DNA of 64,000 nt from Monocercomonoides exilis PA203 (Eukaryota > Protista > Preaxostyla): the NCBI GenBank assembly GCA_001643675.2, contig LSRY02000038.1:558001-622000 (forward strand). The letters are read 5' to 3'. The notes under the pieces were generated by a model. The model was not told the origin of the DNA, did no database searches, and saw nothing but the letters and a program-made list of their open reading frames with translations. The position numbers were made by a program, and so were the translations under genes. This document shows, piece by piece, positions 12,372 through 26,132 of this stretch. Numbering within the stretch: the first letter of the stretch is position 1; every line of letters starts with the position of its first letter.

Positions 12372-13212
12372 AATCCGATTGTTTTCTTACTGTTTCTGTC
12401 CCAATAATGTCCCTATTTTCACTTGATAATAGTCCCGAAATTTATTTATATATGTCTAAATAGAGATTCATTTTTTGATGGGTGTTGTGAAGAGTTTCAA
12501 TGATTTTTGGATTAGGTTTTAGGAAAGGAGAATAGCTGAGAGTGTGAAGTGATGTTTCATCACTGTGTCTGCCTTTTTTCTTTGTTGGATTTGATCTTTT
12601 TGAGTTAGGAAAAGAGAAATATCAGAAAGGGTGGAGTGGGTTGAAAACAAAGGATAAACAGTCAAGTTTGTTTTTGAACTTAAAGTATTTGTATTCTTTT
12701 GTGTTTTGAATTGACTATGATACCATGTATTTGTTGATATAGTAATGCTTTTTATTGAATCTTTTATTGTTCATACAAATTGATATTGAATTGACTGACG
12801 GGAAATGTTTTAATGATGATATAGTCAAAAAATGTTCCTTTGAAAGTGATGCAACAAAAAAAGAAACATATATGTTGCTTTCTCTATTTTAGATGATTAA
12901 TTCAATGAAGTGCTAATGTTATTTGTGTGTTATTTTGTTTTGTGATTGTTATCGAATTAACAATGAATTTATTTTTATGTTTTTCTCATCACTGAATATT
13001 CATCAACCGTTGTAGTTTCTCAACAATGAAGATATTGATAACAAAACAGTTATATATTGAATAGAACAATAATTATATATATGTTCATTCAAAAACAAAA
13101 CATTTTTAAGTGTTTAATTTTTCAAAGATTTTTATCCCATTTGAAATGAAAACTCATTGAAAAATTAAAAAACAACTTTTCACCTATATTCAAACAATAA
13201 AAAATCAAAACC

Positions 13213-13771
13213 AATTTTGGATGACTTGTTTGCATTAATAAAGCAATAATATTCACAAATAAAATGAAACAAAAATAAAAAATTTTGAAAAATTTTTGAA
13301 ATTTTTGATCATAAAAAATACAAATTATTATTAATGGCGCCACTAAGAATACCATGATCTATTTTGCTCAGTGTGAATAAATAACGATAATAAACATGTC
13401 TGATGCTTTTTTTTGAAAATCTGTTAGTGGAAAAAGTTGGTAATAATTTGTTTTTCAACATATTTTTTATTTGGGATGAAGTGTTGTATGAAATGAATTG
13501 TTTCCCATGCACTGTCTTCGAAGATTTTTCTTATTATTCTACAGTTATTCTATATATTTAATATGTGAGAACGTTTGACATATAACGACAAAGCTGCATA
13601 AAAGGTTTGGAACAAATCGTTGTAATTTTTCATTAATTCAAGAATTTTGACCTATTTGTTTAGAAACCAGTCTTTCTATTTGACTCATCGACAATTTTTG
13701 ATGATACAAACAGAAAGACTATTCAATGTGACTTTGATAACTGTCGTTCATTTTTGACAAAGTTTGTTTTT
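13213..13771 (-). repeat. Right inverted repeat (559 bp)
   Basis: Reverse complement of 7569-8127. Confidence 0.93.
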
Positions 13772-15353
13772 ATTATCAGTTTGTTACACATAATAAAAAA
13801 TGCATGCTTTTTATTTTGAATAAAATTTTGAACAATCAACTTTGAACTTGCTCTTATTCTCACTAACCAACATTTTTTAGAGGGATTTGCTTGTTGATTT
13901 CAACGACAATTTTGTTTGTGTCTTCATTGGTGATCTGCAGCGAATCGCCTGTCGAACAACATAGGCTTTAATAAGTGAGAATACTTAAGTTTTTTGTTCA
14001 TTTGAACCCATTCAATAAAATTACCAATAATCTCTACATAAAATGTTATGAAAGAGCGATTTTTCATTTGATGCTGTTTGTTGATTTTTTATTTTTTTGA
14101 TAATATTGCTTTTATCTCATTTCTTGTTAATCAAATTGATCTTTTTCAATATTTTATTTCAATAAATACAATCAATTTGTTTCAAAACATAAGTCAATTC
14201 CTCATCTTATAATTTTTTCAATCAGTTTTGATTGAGAAGAATGTGCAATGTATCTTTTCAATGGGCTCTTTCCAGCATTTCTGTTGCCATTGGAAATAGA
14301 GCAGATAAAAAAGATTGAACTGGGAACCAAATACACCGCCTTTTCTGCTACCACTGTAATCTCTGTGATACAGCTGACTGTTCATCCCCTATACATCCAG
14401 ACTTCCTCTTCTCACCAACCACAAAACATTTCATCTTTTTGTCGTCAATGTCTTCTTCTTCTTCTTCTTCCTTTCATATCTGTCGTCCACAAACCGCTTT
14501 ATAGTTTTTATGATCGAAAAAGTCGAATGCACATCACAAAAAGCAGAAATTCTCTCCTCATTCAAACAAAAGACCTCCTCTTTTCACTGACACTCCATTT
14601 CTTTTGTTAATAACACTCCATTCAGATTCTTCTGAACTTCTTCTAATCTTCCTCTCAATAGTTCCATTTGGTATCGACACTTCGTATTAGCTCCCACAAA
14701 ATGCTCTCTTTCATATATCAACTCTTTTTATGGCATCTCTTTCATGGACTTCATCGCAACAACAACCAAAGCTGCCAAATGTTCGCACATCACATTCTAT
14801 AACAGATCTTCAACATCTTCCAACTCATCACAACGTTCTTCTTCTTTTTTGATGTCCTCCTCCTGCAGAATGGGACATCAATAAACAGATCGCTCAATTC
14901 TGCGCATCGTATTCATATGCCTTCACGCCTGAAGCGCATTCCTCAATCAATAACGTTGTCTCTTCATTCCTCTCTCCAAGCTTTGCACCACCACTGCTGT
15001 GCATTTCAAGTTCATGTATTTAATAACAAAAATACAACAGACAGAAAAATGGAGTCTTTTGCATCATTTTTCTTTTATTACTAACAGCAGCGTCGGATGA
15101 TAAGTTGAAGAAATTGTTGTTCCATATGATAAATTCATTATTGACTAAGAGGTTAGATAATGAAAGATAATGTCAGAGAAAGAGAGAAAAAGTGAAAAAG
15201 AAGGAAGAGTAGTTGAGAAGACCGAAGATGAAGACAAAGAGATGTTTACGAATCAATGCAGATAAAATACCATTTTCTTCTTCTATTTCTATATCTATTT
15301 CTGTTTTATCTTCTTTTCCTTCTCTTTTTTAATGTTCTATCTCACTCACTGGA

Positions 15354-18300
15354 ATGGATTCAGATACTGGCAGATATATAGATACAGAATTTGACTCAGA
15401 ACTGTCTTTTCTTTATTCGATTGAACGGACAACGTCTTATGAAGATAGAACAGAAGGAAGCGGTTGTGAAAAAGAAGATGGTGAAAATGGCGAAGAAGGA
15501 AATGAAAAAGAAGATGATTGTTTTATCTCAACTTCTTCTTCTTCTTCTTCTTCTTCTTTTGATTCTTCAACATCGTCATCAAAAACAGCAGAAGTCGAAT
15601 TCTTCAAGAAAGAAAAAATAGAAAACGATTCATCTTCGTCTTCATCTTCCTCTTCATCCGAACAGTCAGAAGTGAGTTCATCACAAGAAATAGCAGAAAA
15701 AAGCAGAAATTGATGAAATCATCGAAGGCTTCAAAAGAAAACATGCGCCACGTCTACCTCTTCCTGTGATCCTTCCGCCTCAAGAAGCAACTCTTCAGAA
15801 TCCGTCTTAGGTGCTTCGAAGTCAAAGACAGAGAAAAAGCAATCAAAATTCAACACAAACCTTTTTGACACATTCGATTGCTGGCATCGGCACAGGAAGA
15901 GGAACATCTCCTTCTTCAATGAAAAATAAATCTTTTCTTTCTCTTCCTTAATCATCTCCTTCTCCCTCTCCTTCAACTTCCTCTTCCTCCTCTTCATATT
16001 CCTCATCTTCTCCTGCAGTGACTGACTTCTTTCTCCACCATAAACCACCGCATCGTTCTGAGATTGCTATGGCTCGCCGCATAAGAGCAATGCATCCTCT
16101 CCTCCGCCGACGCTATCTCAACCGCTGCGCGCAAGTTGCTTCTGCTTCATGTTCACCGTGCTCTTCTTAATCTACTTCTTCCTCCTCGTTTCTTCGCTCT
16201 TCCAGAAACAGAATTCCGACAGGCAAAGAGCAGCAGATAAAGAGGATGAAGCAACAGCTCAGAGGAAGAAGGAAAAGGCAATATTTTGTTTTCCCACCAG
16301 ATGTGTTTGAGGCGCTGCCGCTGTTTGCAGAATTTCGGATGGTGGAGCGGAATGCTGAGAATCTGAAGAAGAGGAAGGGAGAAAGAGAGAGAGCGAAGGA
16401 AAGAGAGAGAGAAGCAAGGAACGAGAGAAGAGAGGAGAGAAGAATAAGAGAAATGAATCAAATGAGGAAGGTATTGAAGCCTGAAAATGATGAAAATAAC
16501 AATGATGAAGAAAATGATAATAAAACAAAAGCAGAAGAAAACGAGAGTTTATCATTGATGAGAAGAAATTCTTTGAAGGAATCGAAGAAAAAGTAAGAAA
16601 CTGAATGCCTTTCTGTCAGCTCCATCATCAATGATGAAGAACAACGAAAAGAGAAGAGACACAAACAGAGAGAAAAAAAGAGATTGATGCGAAAGTGTTT
16701 CCAGGCACTTGAGTTTCAACGTGATTCTGTTGTGAATGAAGTGCTTTTGATGTTCAGACAAAACAAGCCGATTTCTCCAGCACCGATAGAAGACTCGATA
16801 AAAAGACCAGGAATTAATGAAAATGCTGCAAAAAGTGAGGGTGATGATAAAGAAGATGAGAAAAAAGAGAAAGAAGTCAATAATCCTGTGAATGCAGATG
16901 GAAACAAGGAAGAAGAGAAAGGATATGAAGAAAACAATAAAGATGCGACGAAAAAGGATATGATGATTCAAACAACGATGAAAACGAAGAAGTGAAATTG
17001 GAGGATTCAATGAACAACACCAAAGAAGCTGTTTCTAAAGCAATGAAAATAAAACGGAAGCAGAAAAGAAAACCAATGCAAAAGAGTCCATAACAAACAA
17101 AAAAGAAGAAACACATTCCGAAGAGCCTTAATGAGAGCCTTTTTCATAGGAGAAGCAGCAAAAACAACTCCCTTTCCCCCACCTTCACCTTCACATTCTC
17201 CTCAACCTAAACAACATTCTTCAGCAAGAGATGCCTTTGCAACGATACACTTTGCACGAGGGAAGCGAAAGGAAGGCGGATGGAGATGGAGAGAGGAGAT
17301 GTTGGTGCAGCAACAATGCTACTGTCACCTGCTGTTGGAGGAGGAGGAATTGGAGGAGGAGGAGGAGGGGTGAAGTTTGGTGTGATGGGAATGAAGGATT
17401 TGAACAAAGAAGTGACAAGGGCGATGCAAGATGAGTTTCAGAATGAGAAAGTGAAAGAGAACGATGAAGAAGCGAAGATCACATTTAATAGGGTCAGAAA
17501 TTAATCGGTGCCCAAAAAATTAATCGGGACCTAAATTTTCTGGCTCACAGGAGCACTTTCAGTAAAAAATAAATAATAGGAAACCTTTTTTAAACTTTTA
17601 TATACTATGCCAGAAAATATTTTTTATTTTTTTTATTTCTGTAAATAGATCTGGAATTTTTTGTTTTATTTTTCTGATCAAAGACTTGCTCATATTTTCA
17701 CGAGCTTTTTGTTTTGAGTGTTTTGAGTTATATCATTGTTTATAAACTTGACTTTTTAATGTTTTTGGTTATTTTATATTATTAAACACTTCGTTTTTTT
17801 ATTATTTTTTCCATTTCACTAAATTTCAACAAATTGAAGAATACATTCGAATAAATATGTTTTTTCGTTAATTCAAAAGGGAAAATATGAAAACTATCAA
17901 TTAACAAAGGTATTCAAAAGGATGAAAATCTTTTGTTTTTTATGAACGAGATTTTTTTTCAAAAAAACACGTTTTTATGTATTTTTGCATTTTTTGCTTC
18001 AAATCACATTCTTTCATTTCAAAATCTTTGCAACGCACATAACAATCATTTTTTCAACTTCTCTTTAACACGAAAAATCATGATAATTTCAAACTCTGCT
18101 CTTGTTTCCAATTTTGTCAAAAAATCATGAAATGGAAAAAATAATAAAAAAACGAAGTGTTTAATAATATAAAATAACCAAAAACATTAAAAAGTCAAGT
18201 TTATAAACAATGATATAACTCAAAACACTCAAAACAAAAAGCTCGTGAAAATATGAGCAAGTCTTTGATCAGAAAAATAAAACAAAAAATTCCAGATCTA

Positions 18301-19130
18301 TTTACAGAAATAAAAAAAATAAAAAATATTTTCTGGCATAGTATATAAAAGTTTAAAAAAGGTTTCCTATTATTTATTTTTTACTGAAAGTGCTCCTGTG
18401 AGCCAGAAAATTTAGGTCCCGATAAAAAAAAGAGGATATGATAAATTACTGACCCTACATTGGAATCTGATGATCAGAGAGAAAACCTGCTTCGGCTGAT
18501 GAAACTGCAGGGGACACAGAAGAAGAAGAAGGAGAAAGAAGAGCAGAAGCACAGGAAAATGGAAAAAATGGCGAAGAAGATAGAGGAGAAAGACAAAAAT
18601 CTGTTTTGCAGCATCCAAAGAATATTATAAAAACATCTTGATACAAACCAGAAGGAGAACAAAATGGTAAGCGATGCACTGCAAGAGGCGAAAGAAAGCC
18701 AAAGTCCATTTTTGACAAGAGAGCGGTAATTGGACTGCATGTTGAATGATTTAGCTTATTCTGACCTGGAAGATTTGAGCGATGAATTGGATGTGCCTTG
18801 CCGTTATGTGCGTATCAAAAGCGAGGAAAACGGGCAATTTGTGTGGAAGATGCAAAAAGTGCCTGCGTATGCAACAGTTGAAGCGATGCAGACAAGAACG
18901 CAGCTGGATCTGATAAGTGCGCTGAAGAGTGGGCTGAGGCATAGCCGAGCGGAGCTGCGAAAAAAAGAGGAATGAAGTAGAAAGGCCGGTGGCCGGACAA
19001 AGAGGAAACAGAAGAAACACACAGAAAGTGAAGGAAAGGGGATGTGAAAGGATCACTGCTGCTGTTTCAGAAGGAGAAAGGGATAAGAACATTCAGTTAG
19101 AACAGCGTGCCTGGGAGAAGAGATGAGCTA
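15354..19130 (+). pseudogene. Fragmented charged/low-complexity hypothetical gene interrupted by a MITE
   Basis: Series of short co-directional ORFs. Removing 17491-18455 plus one TA restores the reading frame ...EAKITFNTLESDDQRENLLRLMKLQG. Confidence 0.45.
17491..18455. mobile_element. 965-bp non-autonomous TIR element (MITE), copy 1, TA target duplication
   Basis: TA|GGGTCAG...CTGACCC|TA. Internal 296-bp inverted repeats at 17523-17818 and 18128-18423 flank a 309-bp core. Confidence 0.92.
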
Positions 19131-20340
19131 TCGTTCTCAAAATTGGTATCTTTCTCCACTTTGCAGAATTCAATGGAGATGGATTTGATGAAGAAATATT
19201 CTGCACTCAATTTGGTTGCGCCTTTTGATTCAACAGCAGAATTTGACGCAAATTCAAACATTGCTCTTCATCCTCTTTCTCACTGAACTTCATCACTTGT
19301 CAATTCTTCCTTGTTTATGAACATCCAACAACAATCTTCTCCTTCTCTCTGAACATCTTTATCTCCTTCACTGCAATTTCAAGCTATCCATCCATCTTCA
19401 ACTAATTCAGCTATTCCAAGCCTCCTTCCGCTATCACTTCCTGCCTTAACTTCCTCGTCTCCTTCTTTTTCATTCAACTCCCCTCGAATTCATCGTCAGG
19501 CCTCATCTTTCATTTCTATTCAGAATCACAGATAATTATTTATTCTAATAATGAATAACAGCTGAAAGTTTATTACGACGGAAGCGATTCTCCACAAAGC
19601 AAAAAATAGTTTGCACGTTATCAACAACTGAATCAATTCTGGCCTTTTCATTTGGAAGCTGAAGCATATGAAGTGAAAAGGAAATGGTATAAAAGCAATT
19701 TTTGTTTGGAATGAATAAGTTTGAAAATATCCTTCGACTGATTACACATCTCCAAAATTACAGCGAATTGTTGAAAATGAAACGATGAGTGAGAAAAGCA
19801 ATTTTGAGGAAAAGGCTTAAGTGAAGAGAAATTATATGAATTCTAGCGCATATCTGAAAGATTGTTGGAATAAGAATATAGAATAAAATATTATCTGAAG
19901 AAAATTTCCAGATATGATTGAAGAAATGCTATTTGAAGAAAGGAAATAGACGATTCTTTAAAGCAACAAGTGGAATTTGCATTTGATGAAAAAAGAAATT
20001 TGAAGAAAGGAAGAAGAAATATTAATTTCTGAGAGGATGTTAAGGATTTTGATAAAATAAGTGGTGATATGGACTTCAAATGAAAACGCGATGAAAGTTC
20101 ATGAATGTTGATATTACATGGAATATATTCAAAATAAATGGAATGAAATTACAAGGAGATTACAAAAATTACATCATTTCCTGTGATTTTTGTATCAACT
20201 GCGCTGGATGTGAGTGTTTGAGTTGGAACAAACGTTGAGGTGAGGACGGTGAGAGAGGCGTCTTGGAGGAGGGAAATGAAGCCGGTGAGGGCATACTCGA
20301 TGGTGGCACATGGGGTCTGTTGGGGTCTGCCACAGGCATA

Positions 20341-21305
20341 GGGTCAGAAATTAATCGGTGCCCAAAAAATTAATCGGGACCTAAATTTTCTGGCTCACAG
20401 GAGCACTTTCAGTAAAAAATAAATAATAGGAAACCTTTTTTAAACTTTTATATACTATGCCAGAAAATATTTTTTATTTTTTTTATTTCTGTAAATAGAT
20501 CTGGAATTTTTTGTTTTATTTTTCTGATCAAAGACTTGCTCATATTTTCACGAGCTTTTTGTTTTGAGTGTTTTGAGTTATATCATTGTTTATAAACTTG
20601 ACTTTTTAATGTTTTTGGTTATTTTATATTATTAAACACTTCGTTTTTTTATTATTTTTTCCATTTCATGATTTTTTGACAAAATTGGAAACAAGAGCAG
20701 AGTTTGAAATTATCATGATTTTTCGTGTTAAAGAGAAGTTGAAAAAATGATTGTTATGTGCGTTGCAAAGATTTTGAAATGAAAGAATGTGATTTGAAGC
20801 AAAAAATGCAAAAATACATAAAAACGTGTTTTTTTGAAAAAAAATCTCGTTCATAAAAAACAAAAGATTTTCATCCTTTTGAATACCTTTGTTAATTGAT
20901 AGTTTTCATATTTTCCCTTTTGAATTAACGAAAAAACATATTTATTCGAATGTATTCTTCAATTTGTTGAAATTTAGTGAAATGGAAAAAATAATAAAAA
21001 AACGAAGTGTTTAATAATATAAAATAACCAAAAACATTAAAAAGTCAAGTTTATAAACAATGATATAACTCAAAACACTCAAAACAAAAAGCTCGTGAAA
21101 ATATGAGCAAGTCTTTGATCAGAAAAATAAAACAAAAAATTCCAGATCTATTTACAGAAATAAAAAAAATAAAAAATATTTTCTGGCATAGTATATAAAA
21201 GTTTAAAAAAGGTTTCCTATTATTTATTTTTTACTGAAAGTGCTCCTGTGAGCCAGAAAATTTAGGTCCCGATAAAAAAAAGAGGATATGATAAATTACT
21301 GACCC
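20341..21305. mobile_element. 965-bp MITE, copy 2, core inverted relative to copy 1
   Basis: Same ends and length as copy 1. IRs at 20373-20668 and 20978-21273. Excision with one TA restores the - strand motif IVSNRGTNAYACGRPQQTPCATIEYAL. Confidence 0.92.
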
Positions 21306-22570
21306 TAAGCATTAGTTCCTCTGTTAGAAACGATTTTATTCAAAGTGATAAAGATGATCCAGATATTGAACTTGACTTTATCCAATGTTTACTATTTCAT
21401 TTACGCTTGATGAATTCGATGAAACGAATAAAATGAATGGAAATTTGATGGACTTATAAAGGAAAGGGAAAAAATTGAATAATAACTATTATCAATAAAT
21501 TGGTTTCAATAGTTTTGTTTTCCTATCATTTTTTCTGTTCTTCTTATGAACTTTCTCTTTGCAATGTTTAATTTTGTCAATAATGAATTTTCAATTTTTT
21601 TTTCCTTTTGAAGTTTTATTTATTCGTTAAAAGTTAATTTGAATTAAACTTGATCAAAAAATTCTTTTTAATGAAAAAAGGTATGGATTTTTGTTTAAGA
21701 AAATTAAACAAATAAATGTTTTATCAATACATGCTAAATACTCATGAAAAATCAATTCTTGTTATCAGAATAAAAAAAACTATTTGATCAATAAATACCA
21801 CTATAGATTTTATATTTTCGATTTTTGATCTTTTTTTATGATTTCAAAAAAAATCACCCATATAAAATAATTGATTATTATTATTAAATTTAATATTTCA
21901 AATTGGAATTAAGTTTGTGATAAATATAAAGATTCTTCAAAAAGAATATTTTTTTGTTTCTTCACAAATTGTTGGACATTTTTCTTTTGAACAATCAGAA
22001 GCGTTCTCTTACCAGCTAATAAATTCAGAATTTTGGTCTTGTCTAATTTTATTCACCAGGAAAATGCGAGCACATTTGGAGTTCGGAAAATGCTTCATTC
22101 ACTTGCATCTTTCTTTTTAATAAACTATGTTAAAAAAGAAACATGGAGAAGCAAATTTTCGTTCAATTTTTATAATAGTATTATTATCTTTTTCTTTCAA
22201 ATGATCAAAGAAACCATAAGTATTGCATTATTGTTCGTTTTTTTAATCAGGTTTATTGCTTTGTATTTTCTCAATATTCTCATAGGTTGTTGTATATATT
22301 ATTATTATCATTAAATTCTCTGTAATTGATTAATGATTTTTCTTTCCGGTAGAAGATGTTTGTCAAAATATTCAATTTGGTCCATTTTTTTATGAACGTT
22401 CATGAATTTTTGTTTTCCGAGAGAAAGCATTTTAAAAAATGAGTGTTTGCGATGATTGCAGAAGTGGAAGCGAGCGGAAAGAGATTGTACAGGTGGAAAT
22501 ATTCTCTCGTATGTGTATTTTTGATACAAATCATTGAAAGAGATAATTTTCACATTTCTGTTTTGAAGAA

Positions 22571-23116
22571 ATGTTTGCAGAACTTGAAAAAAGCACTGAG
22601 AAGACTCAAATGCAAATTGTGGAGGAAATGAAAGACATGCTAGGAGAGATTGACAGAGAAAAACTGAAGTTTATTCTGAAAGTGGAGTTTTACAACGAAA
22701 TAGACAGAATGATCAGGGAAAAGAAAATATCTTTAGATAATTCCATTTCATTACTAAAGGAAATTGGATATGATAAAGTGCTAAATGGCATATTTAATGC
22801 AAGTTATAAGTTTTCTTTTTTAAGCAAAAGATTTGAGAAGATGATTATAGATGAAAATGAGAAGAAAAAAGGAAAAAATGAAAAGCTTTTGGTTGGTCTT
22901 TGTGAGAGCTATCTTCCACTTGCGGAATGCAGCTACGAAATGCCAAAGTCATTGCTTTCATCTTGCGTGCGCTGCCTGCTAACAGTTGCATTGGATAAAG
23001 ATGAAAACGATCAAACTAAAAAAGAAGTGGAAATGGCTTTATTAGCTCTTTCTTGCATAGACGCATTATTCGTTTGATTTTTTTTCTTCAAAAATTTCTA
23101 TATTTATTGAAATAAC

Positions 23117-23180
<64 letters not shown>

Positions 23181-24186
23181 ACAGAAAGTGAAGAAAGATT
23201 TGTATTTGAATGAGATGAAAGAGATAATGAAGCATCATCAGGAGCATCGCCATTTGACAAGAGCTGCATGTCAATTTGCTTGGCGGTTTTTGATCTTCCG
23301 ATATCAAAAGAAAGATGCTCTTGAAGAAATTCTTGTGAATGAGCTGAATTTCATTGGAGAAGCTGCAAGAGAAGTGGAAGAGCTGGTGAAATGTGTGGAT
23401 TGGAAGAGAGAGAAAGAAGAAAATGAAGGAAAAAGAGAAGAAAATAAAGAAAAAGAAAAAGAAAAAGAAATGAAGAAAAAAAGAAGAGAAATGAAGAAAG
23501 ATATATGCACTATAAAGGAATGGAGCAAAACAATTGAAAAGTTTTTTAACATTTGTTATTCGCACGACGAAGAATGCAGCAGACTCATTTCTTCTCTCAC
23601 ACATTGCTTCCAAGCAGCGAAAAAGCAATTTATTGATATTGCCAATGTGAATGTGAGGATTTTCAATGAAATTGCAGCGAATCATTCAGAAGGGAATGTA
23701 AAGGAGCTGATGGAGAACAACGTTTATGAGCAGGTTTTGAGGGAATTGCAGAGAAATACGATTAATTTAGATTATTTTGAGAATTGTGTGGTATTTGTTT
23801 CGATTGTTAAGAATAGAATCTGTGAAGAAGAAGAGGAAGAGAGAGAAAGAGAAAGAGAAGAGAGAGAAAGAGAAAGAAAGAAAGAAAGAAAAGAAGAAAA
23901 TGATGAAGAATGTGAAGAAGAATGTTTAGAAGAAGAAGAAGAAGAAGATGATGATGATGATGAAAAAAAAGAAAAAGAAGAAGAAGAAGACAAAGAAAAT
24001 GAAATGAATGATGAAAACAAAGCAGACAAAACCAAATTGAAGATGATGAAAAGAGAATTGTTCGAAAAACAAGAAGAAGAAGGTTTTGAGGATATCATCA
24101 TAAGCTCACGTCAAATTCTATTTGATTTGAAATATTCTATTGTGAATATTTCTGCTAATCCATCAGATTATTTGCTGAATATTTAA
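22571..24186 (+). CDS. Hypothetical protein of a lineage-expanded helical family (2 exons)
   Basis: Exon 22571-23071 joins in phase 0 to 23185-24186 through a GT-AG intron (23072-23184) containing (TAT)n. Motifs KRFEKMIIDE...KNEKLLV.LCE and KEVEMALLALSCI recall a large oxymonad family (from memory). The true start may be further upstream. Confidence 0.7.
23120..23179. repeat. (TAT)n microsatellite in intron
   Basis: About 20 perfect units. Confidence 0.95.
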
Positions 24187-24750
24187 TTGTACAACTTTTT
24201 TATTTTTATTTATTTTTATTTAAACATATATATAAATTATTTTTATTTTTATTACAAAACACATTTCATCCTCCACTTTATTTACTATTTATATCTAATT
24301 TTTTTACAAAAAATGTTATTTTTATTTTTTATTTTTTATCTTTTATTTTTTATTTTTTATTTTTTATTTTTTATTTTTTATCTTTTATTTTTTATTATTT
24401 ATTTTTTTAATTTTTCATTTTTTATTTTATCATTTCAAAATTCAAACATTTTTATATTTATTTTTACAAACAATATTTTCTTTCTTTCTTTCCTTCCTTC
24501 TTTTAAATACATATTTGTGAATTGATTTGATATGATATTGGATGACTGTTGTTTTTATAATTTTTTTCTAATATGATTTGTGATAATCCAACTGTATTTG
24601 TGAAATCACCTTTGAAAGGAAAAATAGATAGCTTGTTGAGAAGTTAACTGCATTATCGTTCAGATAATTTGTTCAAAGCCGAACATCAAATGGAAAATGT
24701 TTCATTCTCCCATTATATAAAATTATTCTTTTTATGAAGTGATTCTGTCA

Positions 24751-26083
24751 ATGTCTGAGCATCGGAACATTGTAAGATATTGCGGACGAGAACAAAAATT
24801 ATTTGCAAAAGAATTGCTTGTGCATTTATCCCCTGAAGCAATGAGAAAGCTTCAAGAGGATTTCGAATCAAAAGATATAAAAATAACGGACGTTTGAAAT
24901 ATTATTTCATTACTATTTTGAGATTTTCAACTTTTAAAAATAGTTTGTTGACTTGATGGAAGATCATTTACCTGAGTGTTATTTTGATGAGCATTTTGTT
25001 CATGATTTAGTTAATTTGTTTGAAGAAATTGATGTTAATGGAGATAAAACCATGCAATGGGAAGTATTTTTAACAATAATTAATAATTATTTAAAAAAAT
25101 TTTATCGACATCATTTTTTTTTAGGAGTTCGTTGGATTTATTATTGAATCTTCTTCTTCATTTGAAGCTGAGAATATTTCGCGCCAAAAGGTATGGTGCT
25201 TTCAAAGACATTTATTATTTTGTAGTATTATTTCACTGCAATAATTATTTACAGTATCATCACAGTGTTGACTATTTTTTGACAGATACACTCCAGACAA
25301 TGTTCTATTTTCCTGAGAATCAACAACTTTATTGCTGCGAAGAGCATACAAACAATGTTATAGTCGTAGATCCAGCTGTATACATTTTTTCATTTTTTTA
25401 ACTCAAAAAATTTTTATGGAAATTATTTTTTTTTTTTATTGATTATTTTCATGTAACTTTACACATTGGTTTTGTTTGTTTGGAATCTAACTAATTGATT
25501 GATTTAAGACTGGAACACATCTTCGAACATTGAGAGGGCACACCGGAGCAGTCACAGGAGTTGTTCATTTGCCAAATTTGCATTTGTTTATCACATCTTC
25601 TATGGACAGAACACTCTGTGTGTGGGACGAAGAGGAAGGGAAATGCATTTATTTCACTTTAGCCGCAAAAAATGAGGTTTGTTTTGAAAAGTTTCACCAT
25701 TTTTAGATGTTTATCATTTCTTTCTTTCTTATCTTTTTCATTCATTCTTTTTTTCTTTTTTTATTCTTTATTCTTATTCTTATTCTATTTCTATTTCTAT
25801 TTCTTTAATATATTTCAAATATTTCTAATTTTATGATTAATATGATTAATATATTTCTCTTTCTCTTTTCATTTTTATTCGACCCTCCAATCAATCAACC
25901 AACAAACAAATAAATAAAACAACAAATAAATAAATAAATAAATAAACATTTATTAGGCTGAATCTTCACCTGTGACTGTTCTTTTGTGGGATGAAGAGCA
26001 TCAGACGCTGTTTAGTGGAGATGTGAATGGATCTATTACTATTTGGAGTGTGGATGCAAGGAGCAAAATAAAAGTGTGGTTGA

Positions 26084-26132
<49 letters not shown>

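Larger units (their letters stand above)
7569..13771 (+). mobile_element. ~6.2-kb DNA transposon with long inverted repeats, Sola-like, encoding a USP-transposase fusion
   Basis: 7569-8127 and 13213-13771 are 559-bp inverted repeats that look identical by eye (the same 67-aa spurious ORF appears at 7828+ and 13512-). They enclose a DDD transposase gene. No clean target-site duplication was found. Confidence 0.9.
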
